Shown here piece by piece: positions 13,068-20,000 of a stretch of 20,000 nucleotides of DNA. Where the stretch lies: contig JAXLNO010000415.1 of the NCBI GenBank assembly GCA_038087875.1, forward strand, positions 58,071 through 78,070, given 5' to 3'. Source of the stretch: Malacoraja senta (taxonomy: Eukaryota). Numbering within the stretch: the stretch's first letter is position 1; each line of letters starts with the position of its first letter. Below the pieces are notes generated by a model. That model was not told where the DNA came from. It searched no databases and saw only the letters and a list, made by a program, of their open reading frames with translations. The translations under genes and the position numbers were made by a program.

Positions 13068-13735
13068 GTGTTGCGTGCTATCCAGTCAGCGGAAAGACTA
13101 TACATGATTATAATCGAGCCGTCCACAGTGTACAGATACATGATGATAAGGGAATAACGTTTAGTGCAAGGTAAAGACAGTAAAGTCCGATCAAGGATAG
13201 TCCAAGGGTCACCAATGAGGTAGATAGTAGTTCAGGACTGATCTCTGGTTGTGGTAGGATGGTTCAGTTGCCTGATAACATCAGGGAAGAAACTGTCCAT
13301 GAATCTGGAGATGTGCGTTTTCACACTTCTGTACCTCTTGCCCGATGGGAGAGGGGAGGAGAGGGAGTGGCCGGGGTGAGACTGGTCCTTGATTATGCTG
13401 CTGGCCTTGCCGAGGCAGCGTGAGGTGTAGATGGAGTCAATGGAAGGGAGGTTGGTTTGTGTGATGGTCTGGGCTGCTGGCCTTGCCGAGGCAGCGTGAG
13501 GTGTGGATGGAGTCAATGGAAGGGAGGTTGGTTTGTGTGATGGTCTGGGCTGCTGGCCTTGCCGAGGCAGCGTGAGGTGTAGATGGAGTCAATGGAAGGG
13601 AGGTTGGTTTGTGCGATGGTCTGGGCTGCGTCCACAATTCGTTGCAATTTCTTGCGGACTTGGACGGAGCTGTTCCCAAACCGTGCTGTGATGCATCCGG
13701 TAAGATGCTTTCCACGGCGCACCTGTAGAAGCTGT
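13068..13735 (-). mobile_element. Rex1/Babar LINE 3' fragment with internal 76-bp triplication
   Basis: Minus strand YRCAVESIL/TGCITARFGNSSVQVRKKLQRIVDAAQTIAQTNLPSIDSIYTSRCLGKASSIIKDQSHPGHSL..LPSGKRYRS..SFFP. The terminal tail is replaced by the satellite. Confidence 0.85.
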
Positions 13736-13874
13736 CCAGACCGTGCCAGTGTACACGCTTCAACATCGCACACCATAGCTCCAGCCATCTCTACCCCACC
13801 CCCCTCCCTTCCCCCCCACCTCCCGTCCTCTCCCAATTACCCAGCCACAACACATGGAGGTTGAATATCACCGA

Positions 13875-13888
13875 GTTGCCATGGTGAC
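13875..13888. promoter_or_regulatory. Candidate RFX X-box in a non-repeat island
   Basis: GTTGCCATGGTGAC is 12/14 identical to the canonical palindromic X-box GTTGCCATGGCAAC. Confidence 0.4.
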
Positions 13889-14134
13889 CACGGGTGAAGT
13901 CTTCAATTGTTGCAAATCCCACGCTCTTCAGATAACATATTCATCCGATACCTGGCTAATCTGTTGCCGAAGCCTGTCGTGTTGCTTATTGGCTTCTAGC
14001 AGTGATCCATCACAATTGGTGTTTGGCCTCTTTTGCCCCTCGGGTACTCCCGGCTGTCATTTAATCAGCAGTGTGCCACTTCAGTTATTTTTACTCTCGT
14101 TCCGTCTAAGCCAGTGCTGCAAGTTCAGCTTGGT

Positions 14135-14233
14135 GTAGAGATGCAGCGGGGACAGAGGCCCTTCGGCCCATGCTGACCACCCACCCCCGCACACCCACGC
14201 TACCCGACACGCGCCAGGGACAGTTTACAATTT
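14135..14233 (-). mobile_element. Degenerate 3' fragment of HE1/V-SINE
   Basis: AGAGATGCAGCG..AGGCCCTTCGGCCCA..GGGACAGTTTACA is the reverse complement of the SINE 3' ends at 15360-15400 and 17555-17645. Confidence 0.6.
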
Positions 14234-14282
14234 GGAGTCACAAGGTCATAAGTGATAGGAGCAGAATTAGGCCATTCGCCCC

Positions 14283-15080
14283 ATAGAAACATAGATACAT
14301 AGACAATAGGTGCAGGAGTAGGCCATTCGGCCCTTCGAGCCTGCACCGCCATTCAATATGATCATGGCTGATCATCCAACTCAGTATCCCGTACCTGCCT
14401 TCTCTCCATAACCCCTGATCCCTTTAGCCACAAGGGCCACATCTAACTCCCTCTTAAATATAGCCAATGAACTGGCCTCAACTACCCTCTGTGGCAGAGA
14501 GTTCCACAGATTCATCACTCTCTGTGTGAAAAATGATTTTCTCATCTCGGTCCTAAAAGTCTTCCCCCTTATCCTTAAGCTGTGACCCCTAATTCTGGAC
14601 TTCCCCAACATCGGGAATAATCTTCCTGCATCTAGCCTGTCCAACCCCTTAAGAATTTTGTACGTTTCTATAAGATCCCCCTCAGTCTTCTGAATTCCAA
14701 CGTGTACAAGCCGAGTCTATCCAGTCTTTCTTCATATGAAAGTCCTGCCATCCCAGGGATCAGTCTGGTGAACCTTCTCTGTACTCCCTCTATGGCAAGA
14801 ATGTCCTTCCTCAGATTTGGAGACCAAAACTGTACGCAATACACCAGGTGTGGTCTCACCAAGACCCTGTACAACTGCAGTAGAACCTCCCTGCTCTTAT
14901 ACTCAAATCCTTTTGCTATGAATGCTAACATACCATTCGCTTTCTACACTGCCTGCTGCACCTGCATGCCTACTTTCAATGACTGGTGTACCATGACACC
15001 CAGGTCTCGCTGCATCTCCCCTTTTCCTAATCGGCCACCATTCAGATAATAGTCTACTTTCCTGTTTTTGCCACCAAAGT
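14283..15080 (-). mobile_element. Young 5'-truncated CR1 LINE
   Basis: MLAFIAKGFEYKSREVLLQLYRVLVRPHLVYCVQFWSP...RIRGHSLRIRGK..FFTQRVMNLWNSLP..GYGEKAGTGY*. Octamer-like tail CATAGAAACATAGATACATAGAC at the left end. Confidence 0.92.
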
Positions 15081-15103
15081 TTTGCACTCTACTGCTGTGC
15101 CAT

Positions 15104-15409
15104 CACGGTGGTGCAGCGGTAGAGTTGCTGCCTCACAGCGCTGGAGACCCGGGTTCCATCCCGACTACGGGTGCTGTCTGTACGGAGTTTGTACGCTCTC
15201 CCCGTGACCTGCGTGGGTTTTTCTCCGGGATCTCCGGTTCCCTCCCACACTCCAAAGACGTGCAGGTTTGGAGGTAAATTGGCTCGGTAAATGTAAAAAT
15301 TTACGTCAAAATGGGTGTAGGATAGTGTTAATGTGCGGGGATCGTGGTCTGTATGGACTCAGTGGGCTGAAGGGCCTGTTCCTGCGCTGTATCTCTAAAC
15401 TAAACTAAA
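15104..15409 (+). mobile_element. tRNA-derived V-SINE (HE1-like), near full length
   Basis: A box TGGTGCAGCGG and B box GGTTCCATCCC. V-domain-like GGAGTTTGTACGCTCTCCCCGTGACCTGCGTGGG..CTCCCACACTCCAAAGACGTGCAGG, then a (TAAAC)n tail. Confidence 0.85.
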
Positions 15410-15995
15410 TCAAGTCTACTCCATCATTAAATCATGGCTGATCTATCTCTCCCCCTCCTAACCCCATTCTCCTGCCTTCTCCCCATAACCCCTGACACCC
15501 GCACTAATCAACAATCTATGTCTCTGCCTTGAAAATATCCACAGCCGTCTGTGGCAAAGAATTCCACAGATTCACCACCCTCTGACCAAAGAAATTCCTC
15601 ATCTCCTTCCTAAAGGAACGTCCTTTAATTCTGAGGCTGTGTCCTCTGGTCCTAGACTCTCCCACTAGTGGAAACATCCTCTCCACTCTATCCAAGCCTT
15701 TCACTATTCGGTAAGGTTCAATGAGGTCCCCCCCTCGTTCTTCTAAACTCCAGCGAGTACAGGCCCAGTGCCGACAAACGCTCATCATAGGTTAACCCAC
15801 TCATTCCTGGGATCGTTCTTGTAAACCTCCTCTGGACCCTCTCCAGAGCCGGCACATCCTTCCTCAGAAATGGTGGCCAATATGGCTCACAATATTCCAA
15901 ATGTGGCCTGACCAACGCCTTATAGAGCCTCAGCGTTACATCCCTGTTTGTGTATACAGGCCCTCTTGAAATAAATGCTAGCATTGAGTTTGTTT
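15410..15995 (-). mobile_element. CR1 LINE (second subfamily); its 3' terminus lies at 14237-14283
   Basis: MLAFISRG..LYKALVRPHLEYC..LGLYSLEFRR..TRGHSLRIKG..VVNLWNSLP. Joining 14283 to 15410 approximately restores GGCCATTCGGCCCATCAAGTCTACTCC as seen at 17709-17735. Confidence 0.88.
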
Positions 15996-15998
15996 TCT

Positions 15999-16322
15999 GA
16001 AGCTGAGAAATGTAAAGGGTATGATCACCTTGTTGGGAGTGTACAACATGTAGTCAATGGGAATTAGATGAACAAATGTGCTTGGAGATAGCAGGCAGCA
16101 GCAAGACTAATGGGGTCTTAAAGATAACAAAGTCAGTGGATATTGGGTACTGATTGTGGATGATCAACCATGATCACATTGAGTGTCGGTGCAGGCTCGA
16201 AGGGCCGAATGGCCTACTCCTGCACCTATTGTCTATTGTCTATTGTCATAGCGGTCAGTTGTAACTTTCCCAGTACAGACTGGGACTGTCACAGTGCCAA
16301 GGACTTAGACTGAATGGAATTA
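15999..16322 (+). mobile_element. Old degenerate CR1 ORF2 APE-endonuclease fragment, interrupted by a CR1 3' end
   Basis: Pieces translate LRNVKGMITLLGVY / EQMCLEIAGSSKTNGV / NFPSTDWDCHSAKDLD, resembling the CR1 pattern GVYYRPP..GDFNFPxIDW. Confidence 0.55.
16145..16247 (+). mobile_element. CR1 3' UTR fragment with (TATTGTC)n tail
   Basis: Near-identical to 2933-3033. Confidence 0.85.
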
Positions 16323-17036
16323 CATAGATACATAGAAAATAGGTGCAGGAGTAGGCCATTCGGCCCTTCGAGGCTGCACCGCCATTCAATAAGACCATGG
16401 CTGATCATCCAACTCAGTATCCCGTACCTGCCTTCTCTCCATACCCCCTGATCCCTTTAGCCACAAGGGCCACATCTAACTCCCTCTTAAATATAGCCAA
16501 TGAACTGGCCTCAACTACCCTCTGTGGCAGAGAGTTCCAGAGATTCACCACTCTCTGTGTGAAAAATGTTTTTCTCATCTCGGTCTTATAGGATTTCCCC
16601 CTTATCCTTAAGCTGTGACCCCTTGTCCTGACTTCCCCAACATCGGGAACAATCTTCCTGCATCTAGCCTGTCCAACCCCATAAGAATTTTGTACGTTTC
16701 TATAAGATCCCCTCTCAATCTCCTAAATTCTAGCGAGTATAAGCCGAGTCTATCCAGTCTTTCTTCATATGAAAGTCCTGACATCCCAGGAATCAGTCTG
16801 GTGAACCTTCTCTGCACTCCCTCTATGGCTATAATGTCCTTCCTCAGATTTGGAGACCAAAACTGTACGCAATACTCCAGGTGTGGTCTCACCAAGACCC
16901 TGTACAACTGCAGTAGAACCTCCCTGCTCCTATACTCAAATCCTTTTGCTATGAAAGCTAACATACCATTCGCTTTCTTCACTGCCTGCTGCACCTGCAT
17001 GCCTACTTTCAATGACTGGTGTACCATGACACCCAG
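16323..17036 (-). mobile_element. Young 5'-truncated CR1 LINE, close relative of 14283-15003
   Basis: VHQSLKVGMQVQQAVKKANGMLAFIAKGFEYRSREVLLQLYRVLVRPHLEYCVQFWSP..LGLYSLEFRRLRGDLIETYKIL. Confidence 0.92.
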
Positions 17037-17211
17037 AATTGGTCCAATGTGTTCGGAAAAGCCGCCTCGTGTAACATGTAGAGGCCCCGCCACAGAAGAG
17101 GGCGAGGTTTGATCTATCTACTCTAAGGAAATTTGAAAGAGCAAGTGACTGAAGCGTCTGTTATGGGTGATAGTTATGGATAAAGACAGGGTGGACCCAC
17201 AGGTTCAAGTT

Positions 17212-17310
17212 CCGAAGAAGGGTCTCGACCCGAAACGTCACCCATTCCTTCTCTCCAGAGATGTTGCCCGTCCCGCTGAGTTTGCTCCAGCGTTTTGTGT
17301 CTATCTTCAG
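17212..17310 (+). mobile_element. Penelope-derived repeat arm beginning with a hammerhead-like core (17212-17239)
   Basis: CCGAAGA-A-GGGTC-TC-GACCC-GAAAC-GTC-ACCC, followed by the arm shared with 91-196 and 3575-3640. Confidence 0.65.
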
Positions 17311-17365
17311 TTAAAGTTCGGTATTGAGCCAAGGCCAAAACTTTAAAGGTAAGAGACACGGCATG

Positions 17366-17672
17366 GTAGGTGGCGCGGCAGTAGAGTTGCTGCCTCACAG
17401 CGCCAGAGTCCTGGGTTCGATCCCGACTACGGGTGCTATCTGTACGGAGTTTGTGCATTCTCACTGTGATCGCGCGGGTTTTTTCCAAGATCTTCGGATT
17501 CCTCCCACACTCCAAAGACGTGCAGGATTGTAGGTTAATTGGCTTGGTGTCATTGTAAACTGTCCCTAGTGTGTGTAGGATAGTGTTAGTGTGCGGGGAT
17601 CACTGGTCGGCGCGGACTCGGTGGGCCGAAGGGCCTGTTTCTGCACTATAAACTAAGCTAAACTGAACTGAA
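17366..17672 (+). mobile_element. tRNA-derived V-SINE (HE1-like)
   Basis: A box TGGCGCGGCAGT, B box GGTTCGATCCC, V-like domain and TAAACTAAGCTAAACTGAAC tail. Colinear with 15104-15409. Confidence 0.85.
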
Positions 17673-17700
17673 AGGCAGGAACATGCTAAAGTTCTTGAGG

Positions 17701-17824
17701 AAGAATTAGGCCATTCGGCCCATCAAGTCTACTCCAACATTCAATCATGGCTGATCTATCTCTCCCTCTCAACCCCATTCTCCTGCCTTTTCCCCATAAC
17801 CCCTGACACCCGCACTGATCAAGA

Positions 17825-17832
<8 letters not shown>
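17701..17832 (-). mobile_element. CR1 3' end fragment (resumes briefly at ~18346-18368)
   Basis: Largely the reverse complement of 18615-18712 and similar to 15410-15520. Confidence 0.8.
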
Positions 17833-17896
<64 letters not shown>

Positions 17897-17915
17897 CGCT
17901 CTCTATCTATCTATC
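17826..17915. repeat. (ATCT)n / GATA microsatellite
   Basis: Seen directly. Confidence 0.95.
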
Positions 17916-18325
17916 TTTAAAACTGTGTGTGTGTGTGTTTCTGCCTGTGTGTGTGTGTGTGTGTTTCTGCCTGTCTTGTGGGTGCCAGCCTTCCTTTGAT
18001 TTGTTGCTACGCCAACACCAAACGCAGAAACGCAGAGATTTTTTCCATTTCGGTAGAGATTTCACATTTCATTCCAAGTATCCACTCCTGATTACATTTT
18101 GTTGTGTTTATGTATACTTTTTAAATAAAATCCTTCTCGCCCCCCCCCCCCCCCCCCCCCACTCAATCATTTTGTCTCCACCTGCTGGCCAGCCACCATA
18201 ACGGCTGCTGCCGCCCGGCTCTGCTCCAAAAACGACGCCATTTTTTTTTCTTTCGCTAGCGATTTTCGCCCCGGGGTCTGAAGCACGTTCGGGGTCCAGA
18301 CCCAACGGGTCTGCACTTGGTCTAG
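17900..18325 (+). mobile_element. Probable non-autonomous Helitron
   Basis: 3' hairpin CAGACCC-AAC-GGGTCTG (18297-18313), then 8 nt, then CTAG|T. The 5' end is TC within the ATCT run (exact start ambiguous). No TSD or TIR seen. Confidence 0.6.
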
Positions 18326-18372
18326 TAGACCTTAAAAACAATGATCCCTTAAAAACATCCATTGATTGAGAA

Positions 18373-18743
18373 AGATGAGGGGGCACCTCATTGAAACATT
18401 ACCGAATAGTGAAAGGCCTGGATAGAGTGGATGTGGAGATGATGTTTCCACTAGTGGGAGAGTCTAGGACCAGAGGGCACAGCCTCAGAATTAAAGGATG
18501 TTCCTTTAGTAAGGAGATGAGGAGGAATATTCTAAGTCAGGGGGTGGTGAATCTGTGGAATTCATTGCCACACAAGGCTGTGGAGGCCAAGTCAATAGAT
18601 ATATTTAAGGCAGAGATAGATAGATTCTTGATCAGTACGGGTGTCAGGGGTTATGGGGAGAAGGCAGGAGAATGGGATTAGGAGGGAGAGACAGATCAGC
18701 CATGATTGAATGGCGGAGTGGTGTGTGCTCCTATCATTTATGA
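18373..18743 (+). mobile_element. CR1 LINE 3' fragment
   Basis: [72 protein letters not shown]. Confidence 0.9.
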
Positions 18744-18779
<36 letters not shown>

Positions 18780-18823
18780 ACGCACACACACACACACGCA
18801 CACGCACACGCACACGCACACAC

Positions 18824-18863
<40 letters not shown>
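18744..18863. repeat. (CA)n/(CACACG)n microsatellite
   Basis: Seen directly. Confidence 0.95.
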
Positions 18864-18865
<2 letters not shown>

Positions 18866-19032
18866 CTCTCTCCCTCACAAGGCCTCACACACACATTCTG
18901 CCACACATTGCCACCTCCACACTCTCTCAGGCACAGCCTCCCACATCCACAGTCATTCACACACTGCAATGTAAACACACTCATTCACCCACACATTCAC
19001 AAAAACACAGGTATACCTGCCTCTGCACATGA

Positions 19033-19067
<35 letters not shown>

Positions 19068-19075
19068 TCTCTCTC

Positions 19076-19167
<92 letters not shown>

Positions 19168-19215
19168 CTCTCTCTCTCTCTCTCTCTCCCTCTCTCTCCC
19201 TCTCTCTCTCTCTCC
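19033..19215. repeat. (CT)n microsatellite
   Basis: Seen directly. Confidence 0.95.
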
Positions 19216-19329
19216 CCCCTCGATACACATGACACTGAGATAATTGAGCTCACATTCTGTCAGCTACACCCTCTCACCGTTCCCCCTCTATCTGACACTA
19301 TTGTGCTGTCATTTTGATCGATTGATCGA

Positions 19330-19593
19330 AAGATACAGCATGGAAAGAGGCCCTTCGGCCCACCGAGTCCGTGCTGACCAGCGATCACCCGTTCACACTA
19401 GTTCTATCTTATCCCACTTTCTCATCCACTCCCTACACACTGGGGACAGTTTACAGAGGGGCCGATTAACCCACAAACCCGCACGGGAGGAAACCGGAGC
19501 ACCCGGAGGAAACCCACGTGGTCACGGGGAGAGCGTGCAAACTCCACACACACAGACAGCAACGGGCGGCGCAGCGGTAGAGTTGTTGCCTTA
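19330..19593 (-). mobile_element. V-SINE body on the minus strand (19330-19561) with an inverted tRNA-head fragment (19563-19593, +)
   Basis: GGAGGAAACCGGAGCACCCGGAGGAAACCCACGTGGTCACGGGGAGAGCGTGCAAACTCC is the reverse complement of the V domain. It is followed by GGCGGCGCAGCGGTAGAGTTGTTGCCTTAC. Confidence 0.75.
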
Positions 19594-19603
19594 CTGAGTC
19601 AGA

Positions 19604-20000
<397 letters not shown>

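Noticed and set aside
3506..13174. Very long ORFs (up to 1125 aa) rich in C/V/Y/L/I or H/R/Y/T/D/Q
   Set aside because: They are translations of a satellite that lacks stop codons. They are open in many frames on both strands and contain no domain.
13854..14138. 94-aa ORF in the unique island
   Set aside because: No similarity to SYNGAP1 exons or any family I recognise.
15104..15175. tRNA genes (also 17366-17430)
   Set aside because: These are SINE heads with A/B boxes that continue into the V domain and tail. No complete cloverleaf.
14283..17036. Active autonomous LINE
   Set aside because: All copies are 5'-truncated fragments under 1 kb, with frameshifts and no RT catalytic core.

Overview
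Repeat-dense vertebrate intronic DNA, most likely from a cartilaginous fish (elasmobranch, skate-like), judged from HE1/V-SINE-type tRNA SINEs and CR1 fragments. The only host coding sequence I can support is a 95-bp internal exon at 3129-3223 (+), (E)[31 protein letters not shown], recognisable as the SYNGAP1 exon-4 equivalent. The ORF track catches only its 3' end. The rest is intron. It holds a ~9.4-kb CAGATA/CAGATACA satellite with higher-order duplications, nested CR1 and Rex1/Babar LINE fragments, V-SINEs, a CpG-rich non-autonomous retroposon, a probable non-autonomous Helitron and microsatellites. It also holds three copies of a small repeat carrying a Penelope-type minimal hammerhead ribozyme motif. 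No intact autonomous element and no prokaryotic system is present. The long Cys/Val/Tyr ORFs are satellite artefacts.
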